Numbered from the stretch's first letter, positions 1 through 10,658 are shown. The stretch: DNA of 23,570 nt from Selaginella moellendorffii (GCF_000143415.4 NW_003314360.1:78618-102187), one strand, 5' to 3'. The notes: generated by a model not told the origin, from the letters alone. Made by a program: numbers and translations.

Positions 1-413
1 TAAGGGTCAATGAGTTAATGACTACTCCAGACTAGCAATGCCTCTTGCTACACCTTCACAATTAGATTCGTTAGAAAAAGATAACATTGAATAATATCTA
101 AATGTTCTCACCATTAAGTTATATGTCTGGCTAATAGGAATGATGTTCATCTTGGAAAGCTCACCACACGCTCAATGAACAAACAAATAGTGTGTGCGCG
201 CATGCCATCGCTCTTCTTTAGCTTCAGATTCGGCTTGTTCACCTTGACAATGAGATTTATTATACAACTAGATGGACTCAGTCTGGACATAAGGTCACCG
301 CGCTAGTCACCATGCCCCAGATATGTCTAGCCCCTGGACAAAAAACATATAATTTCACGTCATTTTCAAATACTTGAAAATTTGTACCTAGTCCCATTTT
401 ACTGAATAAATCC

Positions 414-2916
414 CACTTTAACGAAATAGAGCTTTAAGCATATCTCGCTAGAGTACGGTGGCTTTAAAGATGTATGGTTTGGAGAGGGAGTTAAACCTCC
501 AGTTGTTATGCTCTCTGCTACATCTTTAAAGCAGGCTGTTGTAATGGAAAGCACTTTCGAGTTACTTGTTGTTTGTTCGTGACTTGAGGGACCAAGGCAC
601 GTGTGGGGGAGAAGCAGCAGTATGGGATGTACTTAACAAGTTTTCTAATGTTTTTCCATCTAAACTTCTTCATGGGTTGCCTCCATTACAAAGTCTGGAA
701 CATGGGATTACGTTGGAGCCGGGGACACGGCCAATTTACCAGCGTCCATTTTGGTTAAGTTATGCGGAGGAGCAAGAAGTTCAACGACAAGTCAAAGAGT
801 TACTTGGGTTTGGATTTATTCAGCCAAGTAAATCTTTGTTTACTACTCTGGTCTTGCTTGTGAAGAAAAAGGATGGTTCAATACGGATATGTATTGACTA
901 CTGTTCCTTGAACAAGAAGACAGTGAAGTATAAGATGCCGACGCCATGTGTGGATGATATCCTAGACAAGCTTGGTAAAGCACGAGTGTTTACCAAAATT
1001 GATCTGAGGAGTGGATATCATCAGATTGCAATGGATGATGCATCTATCTCCAAGACGGCATTCAACACAAGCTTCGGACATTTTAAGTTTACAGTTATGC
1101 TATTTTGTTTGATAAATGCACTAGCCATATTTACTTGGTTGATGATGGAGGTATTTGGGCATTATCTTCATGAGTTTGTGAAGATTTTCTTGGATGATAT
1201 TCTTCTTTTCAACAAGAATATGGAGCATAAAGTGCATTTGTGCAATGTTCCTTTGTTACTCCGTGATAGCAAACTTTATGTGAAGAAGAGCAAATGTGAA
1301 TTTGCAAAGTTAGAGGTGGAATATCTAGGCCATATTGTGACATCTAAGGGTGTCAAGATGGATCCAAGGAAGTTGGTTATAGTGGAGAATTGGCTTACAC
1401 CAACTATAGTGGCGTTTTGCGAATGTGACTTTGGGTATCGGAAGTTACCTGTCGGCCAGTCCTTACGGACACTCTTACCTTATTGCCATGATAGCAGGAG
1501 ATCAGTATTACCAGTTCCCTTTATCAGCCCCTCTTGTTCAAGTGTTAGTTTACTGGGCTTAGCACCTGTACTTAGCCAGATGGACATAAGGTAAGAACTC
1601 CTATGTGTTTCTAGCTAAGCATACTCAGCTTGGCTCTTAGTTCTCTTTTGCACTGTCTTGCATTGGCTTGACAAGAACCCTCGTGTATTGAGATTGGTCC
1701 CTCAATATCGCTGGATGATAGCTTACTGTGTCTGCCAAACACCTTTGCTATCATGCCCTTTGTGTTAGTTTTAATTCTATCCTAAATGCTATTTATGGAA
1801 AGTGTCCAGATTTGCTCATTTGGCATATCTACAGAATGTAGAGATCGGCCTAAACACAATGGTGTTCGTCCCATGTCCAAATTCGCAATCTAGCGCCATT
1901 CCATATTTAGTAAGTTCTGAGCTTGTCCCAGATACTAACTCCTGATACTAAGGGAGGCTTGGGGTGAAAGCCTAAAGCGTGTGTTCCTCAAGGGGGGGGG
2001 GGGGGGGGTCCATATCCTTGCGTTAGGCCACCGGTATGCCAAAATGGCTCCAAACCCCATTTGGCTCCGTTTTGCATGCTGGTCCTGGCATTGGGATGTT
2101 GGTTGTTCTAGGATTGTTCCAAGTTGCTCCAGGCTCCTGTCCCTTCACTCCTTGGGCTGTATACTCGGGAGTTGCTCCGTGGATTGGTTCCGTCACTCCT
2201 TGGCTCCATGCTTGGGAGTTTGGCACCATTCCTTCGTTCAGTGGCCTAAGGCTTTGAACCTCAGGTTTCGCACCACTGTCCTATGGACATGTGGCATATG
2301 ACATGTGGCATGCATCATGTGGCATAAAGAGGGTTTAGGTTCTGCTTCATAGTGTTATCCTATGGTAAACCACCATAGGATAAAGGGTCAAAACCACATG
2401 CACTACACTGAGTTACGCAATTTCCTTAGAATGTCTAGTTACTACTGATGTTTCCAGCATTAGTTTGCAGAGGTGGCTATTCCTTTGACATAGTTATTAC
2501 GCAAGACTGTGCCATTCAAGTGGAAGAAGCCACAAGAAGAGAGTTTTGTGGTGCTGAAACAATTGTTGAGCAAAGCTCCAGTGCTTCGCATTGCTGATTC
2601 ATCGAAACGTTATGAGGTGACATGTGAACGAGTGGTTATGCATTGGGAGGAGTTCTCATGCAAGAGGGACAGCCTATTGCATATGAGAGTCACTTTGAAT
2701 CCCATAGAGCAATGCTATTCCATATATGAGCAAGAGTCACTCTCTATTATTCATGCTTTGCAGACGTAACGGCACTATCTTTATGGTGCAATGTTTGTGG
2801 TGTTGACAAATCACAAACCACTTCTGTATCTTTTCACACATAAGGAGTTAAACACTAGGCAAGCTCGTTGGATGGTTAAACACATGGATTTTGGGGAGTT
2901 TCCTATTTAGTATCAG
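414..2916 (+). pseudogene. pol: Decayed Ty3/gypsy pol fragment (PR-RT linker, RT, start of RNase H), interrupted by a solo LTR at 1415-2407
   Basis: ORF 566-1594 has RT motifs LVKKKDGSIRICIDY, FTKIDLRSGYHQI, KTAFNTSFGHFKF, FLDDIL, KSKCEF and YLGHIV up to WLTPTIV. After the insertion the frame resumes with ELRNFL...FAEVAIPLT*LLRK..PFKW, then YSIYEQESLSIIHALQT*RHYL and RQARW. Multiple stops and frameshifts; homology ends abruptly near 2916. The 5' limit is approximate. Confidence 0.92.
1415..2407 (+). mobile_element. Solo LTR of family X (993 bp), inserted in the RT of the gypsy pol
   Basis: Colinear reverse-complement match to 17836-18983. Ends are TTTTGCGAATGTG (degenerate TGTCGCGAATGTG) and GCACTACA. 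Host RT continues on both sides. Lacks ~155 bp present in the other copy next to a G17 run. TSD not clean. Confidence 0.88.
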
Positions 2917-2965
2917 TCATGATTAATGGTCACGATCAACAGTCACAATCAATGGTCATGATTTT
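2914..2965. repeat. Short tandem repeat, 4 x 13 bp, at the junction where pol homology ends
   Basis: cagtcatgattaa / tggtcacgatcaa / cagtcacaatcaa / tggtcatgatttt; alternating ca/tg starts give a 26-bp higher-order period. Confidence 0.7.
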
Positions 2966-3136
2966 CATTTTCTTTAATGGTGATTGCTTCCTAGATTCTA
3001 GTGATATATCAATTTTTTAACAGTACTTTAATTTTGCAAATGGTAGGATATATTTATTGGACAAATACACTATGAATATAGATTTCACATGTTCTTTCAA
3101 AGGAGACAATCAATAAATGCTTTAGATATTAAGATA

Positions 3137-3431
3137 TGTGTAATTGATTGTAAGAGGAATAATACTGTTGAAATAAAGGGGGTTATGAATGAGAGGTGCT
3201 GATTAATCATGAGAGTTGTAGCATTAATTGCTTGTTCTCCCTCTCATCTCCATGCTCTTTTCCCTTAAAAAAAGCCACACACGAACAAACCTTTTTGAGC
3301 TTGAGAAATATTGCATGGAAATAAGAGGGAGAATAAGCAATCAATGCTACAACTCTTGTGATTAATCGACACCTCTCACTCATAACCCCATTCATTTTAA
3401 CAGTATTATTTCTCTCACAATCAATTATACA
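3137..3431. repeat. Long inverted repeat (foldback / MITE-like): arms 3137-3255 and 3313-3431, 57-bp spacer
   Basis: The 119-bp arms align without gaps with about 15 mismatches (~87%), nearly all transitions. Confidence 0.9.
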
Positions 3432-3906
3432 ATTAATATGGGTGGCTTTTTAAGATTCTCATACATCTCTAGATTCTAAATGGTTGTATATTTTGTTAAA
3501 ATAATTAATTTGTCCTTTGCAAGGACACAGCCAATTAAAGATATATAGAAGAATATCTTTATTCTTTCTTATCAGTTTCTCCCTAAATTTTTTCTAAATG
3601 CTCAAGCAAGGAGACGATATGAGAGAATTCTACTTGAAGTTCAATCAAGAGCCTCTAATTGTTTTCTCTAAGAGTGTTATAGGAGAGAGCTTCCTCTGCA
3701 AAAGATTCAAGCTGAAGCTGGAATCAGTTAAATTGGAGAATGTATGTCATGATAAGGGTAATTAGATAAAAAAATCCATTCTTCTCAACAGTGGTGTGGG
3801 AGAGAATGGGATTCAGTGGGACCTTGATAGATGTACAGGTTAAGAGATTCTAGTTATAGGATCTCCAAAGCAAGTAGAGGAAAGTGCATTAGTTTCACAA
3901 CAAACT

Positions 3907-6090
3907 ATGCAAGGAGTGAAGGATGAAGTTGTTATTCTCTCCAATGACGAAAGTGAAGAAGAAGAGCTTCCCGACATAGCTTCCCAGGCAAGTAAGTGCA
4001 TTTCTTTTAAACTAGTTTTTGAAGTGGTGGATAAAGCATTTCAGCAATCTCAATCATTATGGTTGGAATTGAAGGAGTTCCAGTACATGAGAGGTGAGGA
4101 ACTTCCATCTTCCTATAATGGGAATATATTCTTCAAATTTCCACTGGCCAGTTTGTTAAGCAGGAAGAGGGGCATGGAGACACGTCTTGATCCACATAAT
4201 TGGTGTAAGGTAAAGACGACCCACTTCTCCCATTTCAATGGATCTATGTCCATATTCCATTGTGGTAGACAGATTTAGTATGTCACTGAGAAATGCATTT
4301 TTGATCATGGCAAGAATATGTGTTTCTTGAAGGCTCAGCAATCAATCCCCCCAGGCATGATGAGGTTGCTACAAGGTTTAGATGTTGCAAATGCGGGGCA
4401 ATACCTGTGTGTCAAGCATGTTGCGATGCAAAAATGTATTATTTTCTTCCATGGGATGGATGTTTAAGCAGAGCAGCAGTGCATGTTGGATACTACCAAT
4501 ATGCAATAGAGGAAGAAATTTGCCGTGATTCTTTTCACAATTTGAAGGCTACTGTTACTATAGAGGTTGGGAAGAAAAATGCTGCAACTCCAAAGTTTGT
4601 ACTAAAGGACTATATGATGGACACGTTGCTACAAGCTGATAGCAAAAAAGAGTTTACAAAGAACAGCTTGAAGGACTTGCTTCAAAATAAAGAACCCATG
4701 ACAAATTTAAACAGGTATAAAATTAATACTTAACTCTACTTTGTCACTAGAAACACTCTTGTTTTTGGCAGAATAAAGAATTGGATGCAAAAAGGGTGAG
4801 ATGGAAAGTTTCAATTTAGATTGAATGTGATTTTAGAGTTAAAAAAAATATCTGTATAAGCTTATTCATGGGAATTTGTTCGTTGGCCAAGTGACTTCAA
4901 ACAGTCAACACCCTTTCATCTTTAAGATGTCCACCCTTGGTCTTGCTTCTAGTATGGACCTCGTATAGCGAATTGATATAGACAGAGACGGGGACTTGGC
5001 TAGTTCTTGGATCCATTTCAACCACATGGAACAAGGTTCAGGCTGATCAACAATGAGACCCCATGTTTATGATCACAAGTAAGTGGCTTTTCATTTTTTA
5101 GGATTTTATACCGATTTACATTATAACTATTCCTTCTATAGATTGTAGTGTAGCTTGACTATAGCTACAGTCAAATTCAAGGTTCAAGATTTCCAAGCTT
5201 AAACCATCTTTTAGATATGTATGTCCAAGGTTGTTGAACAAGGAACTAGGAAGAAACCCAACTTCCACGGTTTTATGACAAATGTAAGTAGTGCTAACTG
5301 GTTAGCTGTACAACAAGTATTTGGAGGTGATAAAAATCAGCTATTACAAGGTGGAGAGAAGAGTTATGAGTTTCATTTTGCAAAGAGTATCAACATCAAG
5401 TCTAACTTCAATTATGAGTTCAAGCAGCTTTGTTAGGAATGGATGGATGCACCAACTAAAGAGGAGCATAAGGCAAAAGCAAATGAGATGTGTATATGAT
5501 GGTATGAAGGAGATAAAATGCCAATTGAACACCTTCCATAAATAGAATGTTGGCTTGCATGGTGGGAAGTTCAAATGTTTCAGTGGGGCCATTATATCTC
5601 CATGTAAGTTTTCTCTCATTTTTTTTTTTTTGTCACATTCAAATGTTGCATTTTTCCTAGGATCAACCACTTGATAACATTGCACTTACACCAATAATTA
5701 ATCTCTCTAAAAGCAAACATTGGAGTGGAAGAGCTTCCAAAACAGGGAAAGGAAAAGTGCCCCTTTATGAAGCTACAGTCTCCGACCTTAGTAGATCTCT
5801 TGAGCAATCATCAAAAGCTTTGGCTGCACAGGAAGCAAGGTTTGCTGGTATAGATCCAAACTTAGACAAGTTTCAAGAGCGAGTTGGTAGAAAGACAATA
5901 CTAGCAGCAAGGTCAATGTTTATGATGGTGGAGGAAGTTGTTATTAGAACTTCTATGGAATCAAGTTATAAACCACTTGAGGATATGAAGATAGCTTGTA
6001 TGAAGCATCGATAGACATTTGATGGGCCTAACATCACTTCTTCTATCTCTCACTGTCCAGAGTTTGACTACCATTCTATTCCATGATACT
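3907..6090 (+). pseudogene. Mutator-like (MULE) DDE transposase pseudogene with a Cys/His-rich N-terminal domain and short introns
   Basis: Cys/His domain: C-G-x4-Y-x4-C, then CCKCG..C..CCDA...RAAVHVG. Core: FKMSTLG..SMDLV, WIHFNH (D1 position, 5020), GFMTN..ANW.AVQQVFG (D2 position, 5281), EKSYEFH (CxxH position, 5365), WLAWW, NLSKSKH (E position, 5709). GT-AG introns at 4715-4771, 5079-5141 and 5604-5660; removing the first two keeps the frame. Many stops. Family assignment is from remembered motif order, not a search. Confidence 0.65.
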
Positions 6091-6321
6091 AGAGAAGAAC
6101 TAAGGAACATGGAGTGGAGGAGGTGCCTGTGCACTTTAATGCCTTTGCCAGCTTGATCTTCTTTTATGCACCTTTTGAAATGAAAGACTTATATTGTATA
6201 ACCTTCCTATTTCTAGCTAGTCGTGTATGTTGATCTAGTGTTGACATTTGTGGCATAGTAGTATCAATAACAACATTGAGGAAGTCCTTAGCTTGAAACT
6301 AGCTCTCTCTAGACTTTCAAT

Positions 6322-6487
6322 TGTAAGCAACCAAAGGGAACGACTCGAGAGACAGTACATGGGGTTCAAATATAGAGGGAAAGGGCCCATAAATAAGAGT
6401 GCACCCCCTTTTCCAATCGGTTAAGGGTCTTGGGATATTTGGGGTTAAGTGTCCTTGGGTTTGAATAGTACTGGGTTGGGTGACCTC
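6322..6487 (+). mobile_element. Cassandra TRIM copy 1, 5' part of LTR (5S rRNA-derived segment 6444-6487)
   Basis: Starts TGTAAGC and matches both LTRs of the copy at 16224-16804. Joined to 12110-12120 it reads GTTAAGTGTCCTTGGGTTTGAATAGTACTGGGTTGGGTGACCTCCCGGGAAGTCC, about 46/55 identical to the plant 5S rRNA A-box/IE/C-box region as I recall it. Confidence 0.9.
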
Positions 6488-6874
6488 TGTCAAGACCCCC
6501 AACAAGATCAAGACTGGAAAATGCTAAAGACAAAGAGAAAAAGCTAGTGAAAACAAAGAAGAGGCCTTAGACTGGTGTTGATTCAGATTGTGGAGAAATG
6601 GAACAAGGCTAACCTATATATACTATAGGTTGATGAAGCTCCACCACTCTTGGATCGAGGACGGCCTAAATATAGCTGAGGTCGAGGAGGCGCCACATCA
6701 ATATCAGGAATGTGGCTCGAGACTCAGGAATCGGGAAGTGTCTTGAGAAAAAGGAATAGGGAAGTGTCTCGAGAGTCAGGAATAGGGAAGTGTCTCAAGA
6801 ATCAGGAATGTGGTCTGCAGGTCAGGAATCCGGCGAGAGTCAGGAATGTGGCAAGAATTGGGGGATTCCTAACA
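6488..6874 (-). repeat. 3' LTR of the chromovirus (387 bp)
   Basis: TGTCAAGACC...TTCCTAACA on +; direct repeat of 11700-12104; abuts the PPT. Confidence 0.96.
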
Positions 6875-6888
6875 GCACCCCCTCCTCA
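6875..6888 (-). other. Polypurine tract of the chromovirus
   Basis: Minus strand reads TGAGGAGGGGGTGC immediately before the 3' LTR TGTTAGG; overlaps the pol stop codon. Confidence 0.88.
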
Positions 6889-9800
6889 AGAACGAGTGGA
6901 ACGAGAATGTGAATGAGAACGACGAGGAGGATGAGATGAGCGGCGAGGGATGGGAGATGGAGAAAAAGAATGAGGACTGGGACGACTAGGATAGCGGCGA
7001 TGGAAGTCTTGAACAAGGTCAGGAGAATGAATCAGGTTGTCCGCAAGTTCCCAAGTGCGTTCTTCAGGCCCGTAACCCTTCCAGTCGACCAAATAGTAGA
7101 GTTTAGACCGTGAAATCTTGGAATCAAGGATGTCCTGAACCTCGTACTCAGACCCATCCTTGAGCTGCACTGGTGGAGGTGGAGGAATGACCCGAGTGGG
7201 AATAGGACTGGGAATATAAGGCTCAAGGAGAGAGGAATGAAAAACGGGGTGAATTTGATATGAGGAGGGAAGTGCAAGGCGATAAGTGACAGGATTAATG
7301 ATGGCAGTGATAGGGAAAGGACCGAGGCGTTTGAAATCAAGTTTTGGACAGGGCCTGGTGGTGGAGATATTTCGCCTGAGGAGCCAAACTTTATCCCCGA
7401 TATTGTAAGGGGGACAATCCTGACGATGGACATTGGCAAATGTTTTGTGAGATTCCTGAGCATGATGGAGGTGGAAGGAAATGGAGTTGTGGATTTCTTG
7501 GAGGTTGGAGACAAATGCCTCAGAGCGGGGATTTGAATGAGAGGATTCGGATGGAAAAGGAAGTGAGAGATTAAATCGGGGATTTCGGCCAGAGTTTGCA
7601 AAGAAGGGGGAAATTCGAAGAGAGGAGTGAATAGAGTTGTTATAGGAGAACTCAGCAAGGGGAAGGATATCGAACCAGTTATCCTGATGATAGTTGATGA
7701 AGCACCTCAAGAATTGTTCCAACGTCTGAATCGTTCGCTCGGACTGCCCATCAGTTTGAGGATGATACGCCGAAGAGAGGTTGGCCTTCACTCCAAGCAG
7801 CTGCAAAAACCGTTGCCAGAAATGAGAGATGAACTGAGGCCCCCGATCCGAAACCACATCTGTAGGAATCCCATGAAGTCGGAAAATTTTCCTGAATACC
7901 AGTTTTGCCATGTCCTCGCCCGAAAACTCCTTGGTACATAGCAAGAAGTGCGCCATCTTTGTGAAGCGATCCACCATGACTAAAATGCTGTTGAAGCCTC
8001 CAGAACTCGGAAGATCACTCAAGAAATCCATGGAGATGGATTCCCAAGGACCTGAAGGGACCGGAAGGGAACGAAGCAAACCTGAAGGAAGGTGGCGAGG
8101 TACCTTATTCCGGGCGCAAGTGTCACAGGAGGTAACAAAAGCTTTGATGTAGTCGTCCATGTGAGGCCACCAAAAGTCCCGTGCAACTAGCTCATAGGTT
8201 TTCGCAATGCCGAAGTGACTAGCAGTCGGGCTATCGTGGCACGCCATTAGGACCAACCTTCGAGCATCACCTTCAGGAACGTAAAGCTGCTCCCCACGGT
8301 ATAATAAGCCATCTAAGAACTCGAACTCGTCAAATCGCCGGCAGTCGGGAGTCACTAGGTGTCCAGCCTGAAGATGGGGGAAAATGTCGTTGGCGAGATC
8401 ATCGGATTGAAGATCGTTTCTGATGGCATCCATCAAGGAGGAGTCCTGAGGGGCCAGGGAAATTGCCATAACTTGAAGCCGATCAGGACCGAGGATAATT
8501 TGATCCTGTTGATTGAAGGCAGGATTACCATGCCTGAGACTGAGATAGGAGCGCCTTGAAAGAGCATCAGGAAGGCCTTGAAGCTTTCCAGGTCTGTACT
8601 TGATAACAAAGTCAAACCGACTCAGGAATTGTGCCCACCTTGCTTGACGACAGCTTAAAACTCGAGAAGTGGCAAAGTACTCGAGATTTTTGTGATCCGT
8701 CCAGACTGTTGTTTGATGGCCCGCCCCCTCCAAGAAACGGCGCCACTCTCCAAAGGAATCCACGATGGCAAGGAGCTCTTTGTCGTGGATTTCGTAATTG
8801 ATCTCCGCAGGCTGGAATTTCCGAGAATGGAAAGCGACCGGATGAAGTTCTTGATCCGCTGTGAGTTGAGACAGCCAGCACCAATGGCAAAGTCGGAGGC
8901 GTCAGCCTCGATGAAGAAAGGTTGTGAGGAATCAACATGGATCAAAACGGGAGCAGAACTGAAGGCTGCCTTGAGAGTGTCGAAGGCGTGCTGGGCAGTA
9001 GTAGACCAAGAGAAGGGAACATCCTTGCGAGTGAGATGCGTGAGAGGAAGGACAATGTCAGAGTAGTGATCAATGAATTTGCGGTAGAAGTTGGCGAAGC
9101 CAAGGAAAACCTGAACGTCCGACATTGATTGTGGAGGCTCCCACTCGAGAATAGTCTTGACTTTGGCAGGATCCATCGTGATACCCTCAGGAGTGACAAT
9201 GTACCCAAGGAACTCCACAGACTGCTGATCGAAGGAACATTTCTCAAGCTTCGTGTATAGACCGTGTTCTCACAGCTTCGTCAGCACCTTGCATACATGT
9301 TCGTCGTGCTCTTCCTGAGTTCTTGAGTAGATGAGGATGTCATCAAGGTAGACGATCACCATCTGATCAAGAAACTCCCGAAAGACGTCGTTCGCCATGT
9401 GTTGGAAAACTGCTGGAGCATTTGTCAAGCCAAATGGCATGACAGTGTACTCGAAGTGGCCATAGCGGGTTCGGAACGCAGTCTTCCATTCATCACCAGG
9501 CCGGATCCGGATCAGGTTGTATGCGCCACGGAGGTCAAACTTGGTGAAGAAGCGGGCACCGCCGAGGCGTTCCAACAGGTCCGAGATCAGGGGCAGCGGA
9601 TAACGGTTTCGAACAGTCACCTTGTTCAAACCTCGGTAATCGATGACTAGCCGCAAACTCCCATCCTTCTTCTTGACAAAGAAGACAGGCGCTCCAGCTG
9701 GGGACTGCGAATGCTGAATGAACCCTGAGGCAAGGTTCTCATCCACATACTCTTTGAGGGCCTTAAGCTCGGACGGGGATAACCCGTAGATAGGCCCCCA

Positions 9801-10658
9801 TGGAGGTGACACTCCTTCCTGTAAATCAATGGGACAGTCATAAGGCCGATGAGCAGGCAGTACACTAGCTTTTTTCTTGTCAAACACATCCCCAAAATCA
9901 TGATACTTCTCAGGAAGACTGACAGGAAAAACATGCAAAGCAAAAAGGAAAATAGGTTCTTCATGAAGGAGTTCTTGCATAGTGATTGTGGAGATAGGAG
10001 GAGGTGTACGACTAAATGGAATGATGAGACGAGGATACTGTCCAGTGTAAGATGGAAGAGAGGAAAAAGAAGAGGGTGAAAACTTCGTAGAGTCAGGAAC
10101 AGAACCCCGATTTGAGTTTAGGGAACTTTTCCTGATTCGGACTCGATGAACAGCAGGGGAAGCCGTGGGAGATGGTGATGTGGGAGAGATGAGTTGTAAG
10201 TCCTTCCAACAAATCTGAGGCTGATGTAGTTGGAACCAAGGAAGACCGAGCACCACAGAAGAGGACTTGCTGTTGATGATGTTGAAGGCGATATCGGTGA
10301 CGGTGGACCCAATGTGTACTCGAATGGGCAACGTTTCCCTAAGTCCAGAAGATGGAGACACAAAATGCCCGCCGATGCCTTCAACCCTCATATCCCGTAT
10401 GGTAGGAGAAAGAGGAACGTGATGTCGGGCAGCAAAGTCCGTGTCCATGAAGCAGGAAGTTGCACCCGAGTCTAGTAGTGCCACAGCCTTGAGTCTTGAT
10501 TGTCCGGTGAAAGAAAGGAGACATGGGACGCGGAAGTTGCGGGAATTGGTGGTGGCTTTGATGAAAGGTGGTGAGGAGCTTGATAAGGAAGAAAAGTGAT
10601 TTTTATTCAGGGAGTCCAAACAGACAGCTCCTACTCTATTTGGACAGGGTCGTTTCCC
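6886..10658 (-). pseudogene. pol: pol polyprotein (protease, RT, RNase H, integrase, chromodomain) with one nonsense codon and one 1-bp deletion
   Basis: PR LLDSGAT; [26 protein letters not shown]; RH EADASDFAIGA, NYEIHDKELLAIV; IN HHCC, ISMDFL, SDRGPQF, QTDGQSER, GPF; chromodomain ~7000-7149. The TGA at 9270-9272 is in frame (KL*EHGLY, likely from CGA). One base missing near 8875-8876 shifts GA(V)LSQ into the 6886-8763 frame. Confidence 0.95.
10614..10658 (-). promoter_or_regulatory. Programmed -1 ribosomal frameshift signal (G GGA AAC plus downstream stem-loop)
   Basis: Heptamer at 10652-10658 is in X XXY YYZ phase in the gag frame (TCG GGA AAC), and pol is in the -1 frame. After a 6-nt spacer, GUCCAAAUAG (10645-10636) pairs with CUGUUUGGAC (10623-10614). 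Confidence 0.85.

Noticed and set aside
330-413. Possible Mutator-type TIR ending ...AATAAATCCC at the start of pol homology
   Set aside because: The partner end is not in the window and no TSD can be tested.
1415-1594. C-terminal extension of the 342-aa RT ORF as a novel domain
   Set aside because: It is read-through into the inserted solo LTR.
6444-6487. 5S rRNA gene
   Set aside because: Only the internal ~55 nt is 5S-like, the 5' 50 nt and terminator are missing, and it sits within TG..CA LTRs; it is Cassandra, not rDNA.
7032-7658. 208-aa alternative-frame ORF inside integrase
   Set aside because: Low-complexity Ser/Pro/Leu product explained by the pyrimidine-rich codon usage of pol.
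9270-9272. Programmed stop-codon readthrough in pol
   Set aside because: The stop is mid-RT at a position where Arg (CGA) fits; CpG deamination is the simpler explanation.
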